Of a DNA stretch of 64,000 nt, positions 25,101-37,626 are shown in pieces. Source of the DNA: Lama guanicoe (taxonomy: Eukaryota); contig MU053934.1 of the NCBI GenBank assembly GCA_013239625.1, forward strand, positions 10,187,352 to 10,251,351. Reading direction: 5' to 3'. A model generated the notes under the pieces. That model did not search any database. It was not told where the DNA came from and saw only the letters and a list, made by a program, of their open reading frames with translations. Numbering within the stretch: position 1 is the stretch's first letter; every line of letters starts with the position of its first letter. Position numbers and translations under genes: made by a program.

Positions 25101-25589
25101 CCGTGGTCCTGCCCTCGCGGAGACGTGACAGGTTGGAATCCGGAGCCCTTCGCTGAAAACCCACTAGGCAGACGTCTTCCAGCGAGAAGTCAGATCTGCG
25201 TCTGTTCACTCTCCACTTCTGTGGGGAAGGATCCCCTTGCCTTGTGGGCATTTTCAGTTCTGCGTCACGGTGGCGGGCGCTCCTGCTCCAGTTGGGAGTG
25301 TGTGTGTGCGAGGACACGCGTGCACGTGTTCAGCCCAGAGAGTCCTGACTGTACGGGGTCGAGTGCCTTCCACACCCGGCTGCTCGCGTGGAGGTCGTCC
25401 TCTCACTTGTGTGCCTGTCACCTGGAGGCCCGTCCCCGCAGATCCTGGGGCCGTGAATGCTGTCTCCCTGTCCCCGGGGCCTCCTGAGGCTGTTCCCTGT
25501 GCCTCCCCCAGGCCTCCCTGAGGACACATTGTCCTCTCTCAGCACCAGCCCAGCACAAGCCTGCGGGAACCGCCAGGACCTGCAGGTGC

Positions 25590-25980
25590 AGCACCTCACG
25601 GCTTCAAACAGCACAGGCTGATCGTCTCAGTCCCAGAAGCCTGCTGGGTCTTGCAGGGCTGGGTCAGGGAATGGGTGCGCTGAGGCCTCTCTGGGGCTCC
25701 GGGGAGAGTTTGCTCCCTTGCCTTTTTCTGGCCTGAGTTGCTTGCCTTGGGCCCCTTTGTCCTCCTTCCAAGTCCTTGATGGTGGGTTGTGGGTTCTTGA
25801 GCTCTGGCATTGACCGTCCTGCCTCCTGTCCACCTTCAGGGACCCTGGGATCACACTGGGCCCATGTGAGTGGTCCAGGGTAATTTCCTATTTCAGTCGG
25901 TTTATTAGCAACTTTAAGTCCCCTTGCCAGGTTCCAGGAATCAGGCCTGAGCACCTCTGGGGGGTCCTTATTCTGCTTCT
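25590..25980 (-). mobile_element. MLT1D-like MaLR LTR
   Basis: 'ggggagagtttgctcccttgcctttt', 'ggaccctgggatcacactgggccca', 'tccagggtaatttcctattt', 'attagcaac', 'caggttccaggaatcagg...ctctggggggtccttattctgc'. Confidence 0.75.
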
Positions 25981-26239
25981 TGGGCGCCCAGTGTAAGTCT
26001 GTTACTGCACGAGTCCAGTTGAAACCCTCATCCTGAAAATGGTCCCCAAGCGGTGGCTGAGACTCCCAAGGGCAGTTCTGTATGGACGCCCTGGGGTGGG
26101 ATGTGGTGGACGGCGCCACCGTTCTCTCTGGCTGGTTTGTGTTCCCTCGGGTGATGACAGTGGCAGGCACCTGACCTCCTGATCCCAAGTGAACCCTCAT
26201 GCGCCTCCCCCGCAGTGTTTCCATGAGACCCAGCGGGGC

Positions 26240-26360
26240 CTTATAGGCAGCACTGTTGTTCTTATAGGAGCCCAGAGTGGGGGTGTTACTGGCCGAAGTC
26301 ACACAGCTCCTGAGTAATAGAGCTGGGCTCTCACTCCAGGGCTGTCTGACTGAATACCCT
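26240..26360 (-). mobile_element. MIR fragment
   Basis: 'gcccagagtgg...actggccgaagtcacacagct...agagctgggctctcactccagggctgtctgact'. Confidence 0.65.
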
Positions 26361-26867
26361 CGTCCCCTCCACCATCTTCCCATCTTAGTCTATGAACCTC
26401 TCCGCCTGAGTTCACTGAGACCGAAGCTAGAAGTTGACTCTGCTCACGTGGTGACTGTGCCTGTGGCGGGGGCCCTTGGGTCACCAGCATGATGCTGGTG
26501 CTGCTGGCACCCGGCGGGGTCCCGCTTCGCATCAGCCGCCCGCAGTGCTGCGTGTTCCCAGCCAGCAGACCCTGCCTCTCCAGCTCTTTGTTCAATCTAA
26601 ATGTAAATACCTTAATTTCCATCTAGAAATGCTCTTGCAGACATTCCCAGGGCTGGTGTGCCCCCTGATGTCGGGAAGTGTTGGGCTGCACCTTCTCAGT
26701 GTGAGACGGGGTCACACTGCACACGCAGCCTGACGCACTGCGTGTCGATCACTGTGTGAATCTGTTCTGTTCTCAGGCGGTTCGCGCTTATTCCTCTGCC
26801 CTTTCCCCCTCTGGGAAGAGTGTTTCATTTGCTAGGCTTATGATGTTCGTTGTCCTTCTTCCCTTAG

Positions 26868-26943
26868 GACAACTACACCTTTGCCCAACCTGGGATTCAG
26901 ATGAAAGTGAAGATGTTGGAGGAGCTCGTGAGCCGGATTGATG
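26868..26943 (+). CDS. TBC1D22A: TBC1D22A internal coding exon (76 nt, phase 0 to 1)
   Basis: Polypyrimidine tract tgtccttcttcccttAG and donor G|GTAAGC. Reads DNYTFAQPGIQMKVKMLEELVSRID(E) and joins both neighbouring exons in frame. The ORF track does not list this frame. Confidence 0.97.
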
Positions 26944-29900
26944 GTAAGCCAGCTGCCCAGGCGCCCCTCTCCCTGGGGGCGGCGCGGCGCGGGGAGGCTC
27001 CGGGCCTCGCCTGACAGGATGCGCAGCCCGCAGCCCCTGGCTCAACCCCACCGCAGAGCCTTCTGAGGACCCACCAGGGCAGGAGCTGCTCCAGTTCCTT
27101 CTGTTAAGACGATGTAATCAGAATTCAGTGCGGCCACTTTGCAGGAAGTAATGAGTGCGTCCTCGAAGCAGGCAGCTCTCACTCCTTATTAAGCCTGGTG
27201 ATTGTCATAATCTGGGCGACAGCCTGGTCGTTTATGGCCGTCCTCTGGCACACTGTTCCTGCCTTCGCACACCGTTTTGCTATCAAGGATGTTGGCGTAA
27301 TTTCTCCACGGAATCCAATTAATTACCAGGTCTGAAAATAACATCTTTAATATTGTAGGAAAACTATAGTGTGTGCTCGGCCATTTTAGATTATGCTTTC
27401 ATGTTTAAGTGGGGGCTTTGCAACACTTTCTACCTTCATCCTTCAGACAATTCCCCGTGTGATGTGCTGACTGTCATATTGCAGTAGCAGAGTTTAATTA
27501 AATGAAAGCGGAGAGAGAATGCTCGCCATTCCACGCGTAGTCTCCTGACAGTTTGTTAAATTAACGAGCAGAGCATGAACAGAGTGATAGCAGGCAGAGC
27601 CAGGCTTGGGTGTGCGACCCCGGCCGGTCAGCGATGGTGTGTGGAGGAGAGAGTCTGTCGCCAGCGCCCCGTGTGAGCTTGGCAGGCGGTCTCACCGAAT
27701 GTGCTGAGGAAGTGCGCCTGGCTTAAACGTGGCCGTGGCGCCCGCGCCCCGGGCTGCCCTCTGAGCCCGTGCGCGGGCAGCGCCGTTTCCCTGGCCGCCC
27801 CTTCAGCAGCAGACGCTGCAGCAGTAATGATCTTCCCAAGAAAGGCACTTGGTTTGGGAAACTGTTGGGTGACATTGTAGAGTGCAGTCACACAAATTAT
27901 AAACTCCATTCTGTTCCTTGATGGAATCCGATTTTCAGCTGTATCTAATGGTTATTACCTAATTTCCATGTTATGGACTTCTACACAGAACTTGCTGTAG
28001 CACTGCGTCTGAGTCAGTCTGCTCAGCCGCCTTTCCAGTACCTGCTCAGAGTTCTGCTTTTTGCTTATGTAACTGCGTTTACGTACATTTGTTCTTAACG
28101 TCACGGGGGGACATGCTTGCTGTTGTTGGCCTCTTTCCCCCCCAGCACTCACACCTGCCCGCCCCCCCCGTCTCGTTTAGTTCTTTGAAATACGATTTGC
28201 AGTAGCTGTGAATTATGCTTTCTCAGTGGTCCTTCCTTTCCTCCTGTGTCCCGTAGAAGGCATATTTTATGTGTTTGTGGAGGTTAGAAAGTTGTGGTTA
28301 GTGCTCATTTGTTCCAGGGCTGCAGTTTGGGAAATGCCTGAATTGATTTTCTCTGGCGCTGAGGTTTAGAAGAAGCACATCACAGATTTGCTGGATGTTG
28401 TTTGAAAGAGCAGCACCAGCAGCCAAAGGAATCCCAGCCAGATCCGTCCTTTTTAGAAAATCCCATTTTTATTCTCCCGCAGTGTCTGAGGAGGGCATGT
28501 CCATCCAGTGGTGTTTTTTGTTGGTTGGTTGGTTTGTTTAGATGATCAGTTCTTCACAACAGAGGAAATTCTTTTTTGTAATAGGTTCGGCTGTGTCACC
28601 TGTCTGTGACGGTTGTAATGAAACCTTCAGGAGTTCTATGATGCGCTGGAACGAGAAATTCCCAAGTAGGAAGTGTGAGAGTTGAAGGTGTGGGCTCTGG
28701 CCCGTGGGCGCCGCCCTCAGCAGCCCTGGCACGCACGGTTTGCCCGTCTCCTTCTTTCTTCCTGCTTCATGGATAGGAAGGTGGACACGGCGATGCTCTT
28801 TGTGACCCTGAAGCAGCAGACTACATGCTAAGGATGGCTGCTTGGCCAGAGTCTTAAAGAGCCCTGGTCTGCCTGCCTCGGCACTACTTTTATGCAGGTA
28901 AAATGAGGGGGAAGTGCCCACAGGCCCTGTTCCCTCCCCCTCCCCCCGGAGGAAGCATCTGTGGGCTTGAGACTGTGCAGGGGCTGGAGGATTGTATTAA
29001 AGGCAGGACAACTGGGAAGAAAACACTGCTTCTTAAAAGAGACCACTGCTCCATTTCTGCATTTAAGGGGAAGGACAGCGTTGGTTTCAGAGCTTTTTGG
29101 CAGTTTGGTGAAGGAACACAGCTTCATGGACTTGTTGATAAGGAAAGCTGAGGTTCTGTGGGTGTGGCCCAGATGGGAATGGTTTAGAAATGAGCTAAAT
29201 TGCTCCACAGAGAAAAGTTAGAGGAATTTTGGAATTCCAGTAGTCATGTTGGAAGGATATGTGCTTGGAAGTCAGGAAAGGATGGAGAGGTGGAGGAGGG
29301 CAGAGGCCTGGGGGAGGGGAGGGAGGACAGGGGGGCGAGGGTGGGTTGGAAGAGGGTCCACGTCACCGTCTTATTTTCTAATGTGACGAGTGGCTAAAGA
29401 ATTTCTGAAAAGCACTTTTGAGCAGTTTTCTGTTTTGAGTACGGCCATACCCTACTCCCTGTTACCCTTAAATCTTTAGAAAAAGTCTGTTACGTGGACA
29501 GAAGGTGGTGTGAGTGAAGAAGAAGGCTTGTGTCTGTAATGGAGACCAAGTGGAAAGGTGATGGGCGTTGGCCCAAGAGACTGTATTTTGGGTGATAATC
29601 ATCCCGAGAGAGGTAAGCGGGCTGATGAGAAACCCCAGGGGAATCACCTGTCATCTTTGGGGCAGATCTTTTAGAACTTCCCACAGAATGAGAGATGGAG
29701 CCTTGAGCCACTTACCTGGGAATCTAGAAGGTGAGAGCAGGAGGACCTTCTACTTGCCAGTGGAAAAAAAAGGATGATTGTTTTTTAAAGCCAGCAAATG
29801 AGCAAAAAAATTGATGGGGGTGGTGGGGGGAACGAAACAGAGGAAAAAAGGAAAGAAAGAGGGAAAAAAAGAAAACAGATTTCTTAAAAACGTTGAACTG

Positions 29901-30087
29901 CTAACAAGGAAACATAAAAATTCCTGGCCAGATTCTGGGAGAATGCTACAGCCCGGAGAGATGAGCCCAGCCCTGAAGGCACTACTGCTCTGAGGGTACT
30001 TGCTAATCCAGAAGAAATAATCCCCACATGATTTGTAGTTTTGACAGCTTCATGGAGGGAAGGGTCAAACCTCGGACTCCTGCCTGA

Positions 30088-30139
30088 GGGAAGGAGTCCA
30101 GGAAATGCCCAGGGGGAAGGAGTCCAGGAAATGCCCAGG
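30088..30139. repeat. Perfect 26-bp tandem duplication GGGAAGGAGTCCAGGAAATGCCCAGG x2
   Basis: Copies at 30088-30113 and 30114-30139. Confidence 0.95.
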
Positions 30140-30399
30140 GGCTTCCTGAGACCCAGAAGACTGACCCTCAGGGTGGAGCTGAAGTGAGAGGGCCCTCGTA
30201 CAGACTTGCAGTCCAGGTGTACATCACCGGAGAGGCCCGGGGTTGTTTGGACCTTGATTGTGGTGCTTCTCTACTGGAGCAGAGTGTGTGGGAGAAGCAA
30301 ACCAAGCTCTTCTCTGGAGGAAGTTACTGGAAAGTTGTTCCTCAGATTGTCCCTACATTTTTTTCCCCACATAAAATTATCTACACATAGTTAAAGATA

Positions 30400-31140
30400 A
30401 ACATACGTTCATGGCTCCTTAAGTGAGAACAGACAGAAATAACAGATAACAGAAGCAGGCCTACAAGATGTTAAGCTTCTGTAATTCTTAGACGTAGACC
30501 ACAAAACTAGCCTCTCTACTGTGTGTGGAGAAACACCAAAAAGAGAAGCTTAAAAATGTTTTCCAGGGTAATAGGAAATACATGATTTTACATAAGAGAT
30601 TTGAAAAATATGATAACCAAAGTAAAAACTCAGTGGGCGAGGTTAACAAATTAGACACAGCTGTAGAGAAAATTAGTGAACTGGAAGATTGGTTGGAAGA
30701 AAATAATCAAAATGAAACATGGAGAGAAAAGAATATGAAAAATATAGGAAGTGAGAGAGTAGAGAGTATGGGTAGGGGCCTCATTTACATTTATCTGGAG
30801 CCCTAGAAGGAGAGGAGAGAGGAAGTGAGAATTGGAAGAGAGAACGATTGAGTTGTTTTCCAAAACTACTGAAATAAACCAATTCACTGACTGAAGAGCT
30901 CGTTGAACCTTCAGGAGAGTGAAGAGAAGACTATGTAAACACGTCACAGGAAAAGTTAACTGGAGGCTGATTCTTCAAGCAGCTAGAGTGAAAGGTTATT
31001 TTCTAAGAGCAGCTGCCTGAGCACTGACTTCTCAACAAGACACAAGGAGGCGTCTTCAGTGTGCTGAGGGAACCAGAGCTGTCCCCCTGGAGTTGCATCC
31101 GGCAGAAACACGCTCCAAGGATGAATCTGAAATTCCTCCG
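30400..31140 (+). mobile_element. Old L1 ORF1 remnant (coiled-coil/RRM/CTD)
   Basis: ORF 30525..30806 contains KNSVGEVNKLDTAVEKISELEDWLEE..QNE, resembling L1 ORF1p. The later 'ctgacttctcaaca...tcttcagtgtgctgaggga' matches the ORF1 C-terminal region. Confidence 0.75.
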
Positions 31141-31951
31141 GGAGGCTGCCTAAGTCTGAGCTGTTCTTGCTGCCTCTAAGAAGCGATATAACTGAGAAGG
31201 GAAGCAAGTCAAGCATACACCCGCCCTGCAGGACACCCAGGGCCACAGTCGCTGCGACCGTCAGAGGTCCTGGAAGTCGGCACCCATCCAGCCTGGGGCG
31301 CCGGGGGTCGGTGCAAAACGTCTGTGGGAAAAGGAGTGGGTTTATGGGCATCTTAGGAGTAGAACCAGATAAAATCACCGCAGGAAGGCAAAATCCCACC
31401 CAGAATGGAGAAATATTAAGAGTGGGTCTGTGGTCCACGAGATCACAGCACTGGCTACTGGGAAATTGGAGAGGATTTGGGATTTCCGGATGAGCAGCTG
31501 CTATAGCCTTAGCAGAATCTGTTTCTAACGGTTACTTGCTTCTCCAAGGTGAATTCTTACGCCCCATTTTTTGGGGTAAGGGCTTGCCTAGGGGTTTCTC
31601 GTTCCTGCCAAACTGAGCTTTATTTTGGCCCTGGAGTGGAGCGAGCTGCTTCTTGTGCAAATGAGTTGCTGCTATGGGGCCGGCCACCCTCCAGCAGGCC
31701 ACCTCTGAGCCCTGCTGGGGACGTTTGCTGTTTCCTTGGGGCACTCTGGCTGCAGGTGGGTGACGGAAGGATGAGTCTGGGAAACCAGGGCTGTGTCCTC
31801 TGCTCCTTTGGGACAGGTTAGATTTGAACCCCCTCGCACAGGGTACGAGCACACAGCTTGGCCCCAGGAGTGCGTTGGGGCTCAGTGCACACAGGGACTG
31901 AGCTCTGAGTGCTGATTGTAAGGGTCTCACCAGGCAGAAGCCAGATGTCAC

Positions 31952-32345
31952 TGTTGCCAGTCGGGAGGCTCAGCTCTGCTTTGTGGACAGACAGCCTGAA
32001 ATCTCAGCAGCTTAAACAACAAACATTTGTTTCTCCCTTACATGGCACGTCCCCTGTGGCTTGACTGGGGTCCCTGTTCTGTGTGGTCCTCTCTTCGGGG
32101 CTCAGGCTGCTGGAACCGCTGCCTTCAGCAGTTTCCCGGCCCCGTTGCTGTGATGAGGGAGAAGCTTTGGGGGTTGCTCATGGGCTCTTAACACTTTCAG
32201 CAGAAAGTGGTACCCAACACTCGGCTGCATTTCATTGGCCAAAGCAAGTCACGTGCTGTAGCGAGAGGCAGGAGGAAAGAGAAATGCCACCCCCACCCCG
32301 GGCTGGGAGAGCCCCATGCTCTTGTGGACAGAGTAACAGGCACGG
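31952..32345 (-). mobile_element. MLT1I/J-like MaLR LTR
   Basis: 'aaatctcagcagcttaaacaacaaacatttgtttc', 'caggctgctgga', 'ggctcttaa', 'catttcattggccaaagcaagtcacgtg'. Confidence 0.8.
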
Positions 32346-33265
32346 TGTAGGGAGGAGTTCGGAGTTAGAAGCATGTGCTCTCGATATTTTTGTTAGCTGT
32401 CAGACTGTTCCCTACTTAGCAAAGGATTGCTCTACATAAAATTAACAGTTCACACCAGTCATCGGTAATTTATTGCCTCAGTAGTAAATACATGTTAACA
32501 CTCCATGGACTGGTAGAATTTTAACATACAAAGCACTGGCGGAAATTTTTGTGTATTTGAAAGTGAAATTTCAACTTCCGCAGTGTACTCAGGTGGCCTA
32601 CCTTGTGCATCTGTTGTCCTTGAATCTGTTACACCTGATGTCAACCTTTGAGGTCACGTGATCTCCAGTTGCCCCCGCGTTCAGCCCTCGGGCTCTTCGA
32701 AAGACTGCAGTCTGAGCCCCTTAGCCCGAGTCCTGGGACTGGGCCCACCTGCGGGCAGCCCCACCCTGGCTTCTGTACCTGCATCTTTTGTGACAGGAGA
32801 TCATGTAAATGGAATACTGGCTGTGTCTTTTGATCGAAAAATGTCATGGAGAACCTATTTCAGTGTTAAAAAGAAACATTTGCAGATAGTCAGCCTCAGC
32901 AGATGTGTGCATCTGGTTACGGCCACGCTTGGCTTTCTCACAAGACTTAACATCAGATTCAAAGAGTTGTGTCACAGATCACTGAGTTGTCCCCAGGGAA
33001 GGAAACAGGCACGAAGAGGGAAGCTGGCGGCTGGCTCCTGGTGGGACTTGGCCAGCGAGGTCTGCTGGGCTCTGCCCTCAGGTTGTTGAGGGCTGTAAAG
33101 CCGAGGCTCTGGTGGGCCAGGGAGGCGGAGAAGCCTGAACCACCCCCGGGGCTGCTCAGGGTGGCCGGAGCCACCATCCAGAGCGTGCCTTTTCAGTCTT
33201 CGTACCCAAGCTCTGCTTTCTCCCCGTGCAGAAAACAGCCGTGGTGAACCCTTCCCATCTGATCT

Positions 33266-33422
33266 TAGCGGTGTCAGATTTAGCAAATAAAAATATCAAA
33301 CACTCAGTTAAATTTGAAATTCAGACAAATAACGGACCATTTTTTAATATGAGTATGCAATATTTGGCACATACTGAAAGCCAGATTTCGCTGGGCCTCC
33401 TGTATCTTATCTGGCAGCCCTG
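33266..33422. mobile_element. MER53 palindromic hAT MITE (internally deleted)
   Basis: Terminal inverted repeats TAGCGGTGTCAGAT...ATCTGGCAGCCCTG; 'cagatttagcaaataaaaata', 'cagttaaatttgaaattcaga'. Confidence 0.88.
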
Positions 33423-33539
33423 CGAGTGGTGAGTTCAGAATGGCGTCAAGTTGAATTCAGACTTAGTCCTTTTGTCCTGGAGGTCGCAGGTGGCGACGAA
33501 AATAATGCTTACATGTGATGGCCGTTTGAAATTAAAGTT

Positions 33540-33665
33540 CACACGTGCCAGTATACGTGCCCCGCCAGTACACTCACACCTGCACCTGTACACACACACA
33601 CCCCAACACGCATGTACACACCAGTACGCATGTACACACCAGTGCGCACACACACCCGTGTACAC
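33540..33665. repeat. CA-rich low-complexity repeat with internal 18-bp unit ACGCATGTACACACCAGT x2
   Basis: Directly visible. Confidence 0.85.
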
Positions 33666-35959
33666 TTCAGATGTGGTTTGTTTTCTGGGTGTGGCAGCTG
33701 TGTGTGAGGTCGCTGACTTTCCCGCACCCCCGCCGGGCACACTGACCTCGTTACACTTCCCCGGAGGGGCAGCCTGTCTCCTCCGGGGAGGGGCTTCTCC
33801 TGGCCAAAGGCTGGCACTGACCTGCACACCAGCTGAGCAGGGTCGACTTTCCACTGGTCACCACGTGATTGTTTGAAGAGAAGTCAGTGTTTTTCACTAG
33901 GTTGGATCAGTTTCTGGCTAATTTCTGACTTACGAGTGATTATTCTCCGACAGGCTGGCCTAGAACCCCTTGGCCAGTGAATCTGTTCACAGTCCTGCAG
34001 AGACTGACCGCCCTGGCAGGGCAGTTGGAGTTTTCGCGAGGACCACGGATGATGACATTCGGAGAACTGTTGTGTGTCAGTCACCCAAGTCCTCGGGCAC
34101 GGCCATGCGGGGCGACCCATGGCTGCCCGGGACACTAACCTTGTTGATCTTCTGTGACAGTCAGAAGCAGGCCAAGCTCCTAGGAGGTTCTTGCTTTCCG
34201 CCTTCCAGTCACTTCCTGAGATGCACACCTTCCTCCTCTTGTCCATCCTCCACGCAGCTGCCGAGACTCGCTGTGCACTGGCCTCCGAGGCCCTTCTCAG
34301 TCTGACCCACAGCCCTGCCTCCTCCAGCCGGCTTTAGGCCGCGTTGAATCCTGGAGCGGTTTGTTTGTCCTTACGCACCACATGTGACCTCAGCTTTGCT
34401 TGTCCGGTTTGTTAACTTTGCCTGAAATGCACTTCGGCTGCCTCCCCTGCCTCCCCCAGGCCCTCTTCCACTGCCTGTGCGCAGCAGAGCGGGGCGGTGG
34501 TCCCTGGGTTGAGCAAGGGAGGCAGGTGGGGTACGTGTCAGATGGGACTTTGTCCTTCAGAGTCGCAGCTGAGGAGGAAGTTGGCACCGGGAGCCAGAGA
34601 CTGACATCAGGGGAGGACTTGGGAGGCTGGCTGGTGGGGGCTCAGGCTCTGGCTCTGTCACCCCAGGGGTGTGGCCGGCGAGTGACAGCCCCACATTGCT
34701 GGTGGTTTCGCCGGGGCTGGGAGTCAGGGCAGGTAGAGTGCTCACACCAGTGGTGGCGCATTGTGAGCTGCAGCCGACCTGGGCACCGCCATCACCTCGT
34801 CGGTGTTTTTAGCATTTTTATCAGTTACGTGGTGGGGTTGGGGGGGTGGGCTCCTCTTCCCAGTGAGGGCTGGGGTTGGTCTGGGTTCTCTGTCGACACA
34901 GAGTGTTGGACGTCGTGGGCAAAGTGCCTGTCTGGCGCTGGCTCCCTGGGCAGGCTCCCCTGTCTGGCCTGGGAGGCCGCTTAGCGGGGCCGATACTGCC
35001 CCAACCCAGGGAGACCAGGGCGGGCGCCAGGCTTCATTATTACTAAAATGGACACGTCCGCCCTAGGGGGAAAGATGCCAGAATGCGCTCCTAGAGAATG
35101 GTTCTGCCTCGGTATGCTAACCAGCTCTGTTGCAGGTACATTTTGCCTTTCCTGTGTTTTTTAATTTAGGTTAAATGTGATTTTAATGAAATTTCTCTGA
35201 AAGCTGTCTTGCCTACATTGTAAGGTTAAAATTGACTTATTCTTTCAAGAGAGAACTTGGTTACAGCTGGTAAACTAGATTCAGCTTTATTACCACCCAA
35301 GTGAAAATATTTTTATTTCTGCTGCACGGTGAGCAGTCAGAGAGCAGAGGCTACACCAGTGGTGGGGCCTGGCCCCGGAGCAGTCGGCGTGCACCGTGAG
35401 AACTCGCGGGGACCCCCCCCACCCCTGCTCGTTAGACCCCGGACGGCTGGGGTGCCTTTGGGATGAAGGGAGGTTTCACTGTAGACGCGGGGCCCCGGGG
35501 TTGGCAAATCACACGTGGAGGGCGGTGACGTCAGCTGTGGGAGGTCATGTGGACTCTTGGGGACGCCTCCATGTGTCCGCTTACCAGCCTGCTTCCCTGT
35601 CTCAGGCTGAGGCTTTGTCCCCGTGGACAGGGGTCCTTATTCCGGTGGCTCGGTGCTGGGCCTGCCCAAGGCCTTTGGGCAGCAGGTGCCCTGCGGGTTC
35701 TCACTCTCCCAGTGGTGTCCAGTAGATTTAATGTGCCTTCAGTTGAAAACCTACGTGGCTATTTGGTTGCATTTTTCAGAAGAGGGATGCATTACCCAGT
35801 CCAAAAAAATCAACGAAATAGTGGAAGTTCTCTGTAATCTAAAAAATAGCATGTTAGGGTTACCCCCGGGTTCTGGCTCAGCCTCCTGCACTGACTCTGA
35901 AGCTGGTCGCTGCTGATAATGGTCATCATCATCATCAGGAGAGGGAGAGGGAGAAGAAG

Positions 35960-36080
35960 CAGCAGCTGTTAAGCACCTGCGGAGTCAGAGGCACCGCCCC
36001 CAGCTCTTTATCTGTGTTGTTGTGTTGATTTGTCACAGCACCCCTTTGAGGTGGGACGTTACGCCGCCCCTTCCCTGGCC
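35960..36080 (-). mobile_element. MIR fragment
   Basis: 'ttaagcacctgc...aggcaccg...ctttatctgtgtt...tcacagcacccctttgaggtggg'. Confidence 0.55.
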
Positions 36081-37198
36081 TCAGGTTCCCTGCAGGCTGG
36101 ATGGTCTCCGGTGGCCTCCGGCTCTGCCCATCCTGGGTCGGTACTGAGCTCGGGCGAGCCCCCTCAGCCGTCCCCCAGCCTCCTGGGGGCCCAGCGCTGT
36201 CCTCCGGGCTCAGAGTGACGCCCGGCCCTGCCTGCGCCCCAGGGTTCCTGGGGGAGGAGCAGGCTGCAGCTGCGCAGAGGCGATGCCCTCCCCAGACCCG
36301 CACCCTCTGTGCACGGTTTCTCTGGGGACTCCTGGCTGTGTCTTGTGCCTTCTGGTGCCCCCCCCCCCGCATTGTGACGCCCTGTGAAGAGGGAGGGGGC
36401 AGAAAATCAAACTTGGCTTCTCTGAATAGAGGGAGCCCGGTCCTAGAGGCCTCCCCAGTGTCGTCTTGGGACCCTGGGGTCAGGCCCGTAGCCCCTCCGG
36501 CCGTCTCCCAGGCCAGAGGGCCGTGTGGGAAGGCAGGCTGTGGCCCTGTCACCTGGGCCTCCCTGACCCTCCCGCTTTCCCTGCTCTGTCTTTCCTGGGC
36601 TCGCTGCCTCCCCAGCTCTTTGTGTTTTCCTCCTGGTGTAAGCCTGTGGTCAGGTGTTCCCGAGAGCAGGTAGAGCAGGATTTACTTTCTAAAAATCAAA
36701 GGACAACTCTCCTTGCAGGTCTGGGCTGCAGGGTCCCGGGAGGCCCGGCCACCACCACCCAGCCCACGTTACAGCCGCAGAACGGGGTGGGCGGGCCTGG
36801 GCGGGCGTGTCCCCATTCAGCTCTTGGGTGCCCCCCCCCACGGGCCACAGAGGCAGGTGAACCTGCTTGGCTTCGAGACGCTGTGTCTGTGACCTGGCTG
36901 ACCTTTCCTCCTGGAACCACTCAGCAGAGCAGTCACAGAGGGCAGCTCCAGGGTCACTGGCTCATCTGGGGGGCGCTCAAGCGGGGAGCATGTTTGTGCC
37001 CGGAGGCGGTGATGGCCGCCCGGTGAGCAGGGGAGCGTGAGCAGGGTGCTCGGAGCTGGGGCGTGGCTGCTCTGCTCCTCAATGATGGTATCTTTGCGTC
37101 CCTGTGTCCGAGATTTATGTTCCAGGTTTATGGCCAAACTGAGAGTAGTTAATTAAACTGTAAGGAGAGACGTCCAAATAGAGCGATTCTCCTTGACC

Positions 37199-37626
37199 TT
37201 AAGAAGGAAAAGTCGTCTTGGTTTTGAATATAGGCCATCAAATCTGGTTTTGCAGTGATTCCCCGAAGTCATTTTTGATCGTGTTTACACGTTGCTGGAG
37301 ACACCCTGAGCCGTTTTATCTCCCTCCCTTAAAGAACCAGCGTCCCGCTTAAGGTCAGGACGGAGCAGCATCGGGGGCCGGGCTCGGGCAACCGCCTCTC
37401 GTTACCGAACTCCTCCTTATTAAGAAGGAAAAGTCTTGGTTTTGAATATAGGCCATCAAATCTGGTTTTGCAGTGATTCCCCGAAGTCATTTTTGATCGT
37501 GTTTACACGTTGCTGGAGACACCCTGAGCCGTTTTATCTCCCTCCCTTAAAGAACCAGCGTCCCGCTTAAGGTCAGGACGGAGCAGCATCGGGGGCCGGG
37601 CTCGGGCAACCGCCTCTCGTTACCGA
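37199..37626. repeat. Near-perfect tandem duplication (210 bp and 207 bp, 11-bp spacer)
   Basis: 37199-37408 and 37420-37626 are identical except for an extra GTC in copy 1. Confidence 0.97.

Larger units (their letters stand above)
9227..26867 (+). other. TBC1D22A: TBC1D22A intron (GT-AG, 17,641 nt, phase 0)
   Basis: Defined by the flanking exon boundaries; protein is continuous (GIQ|DNY). Confidence 0.93.

Noticed and set aside
27182-27193. CTCCTTATTAAG also present in the duplication spacer (37413-37424), suggesting a distant templated insertion
   Set aside because: A 12-mer match is expected many times by chance in 64 kb.
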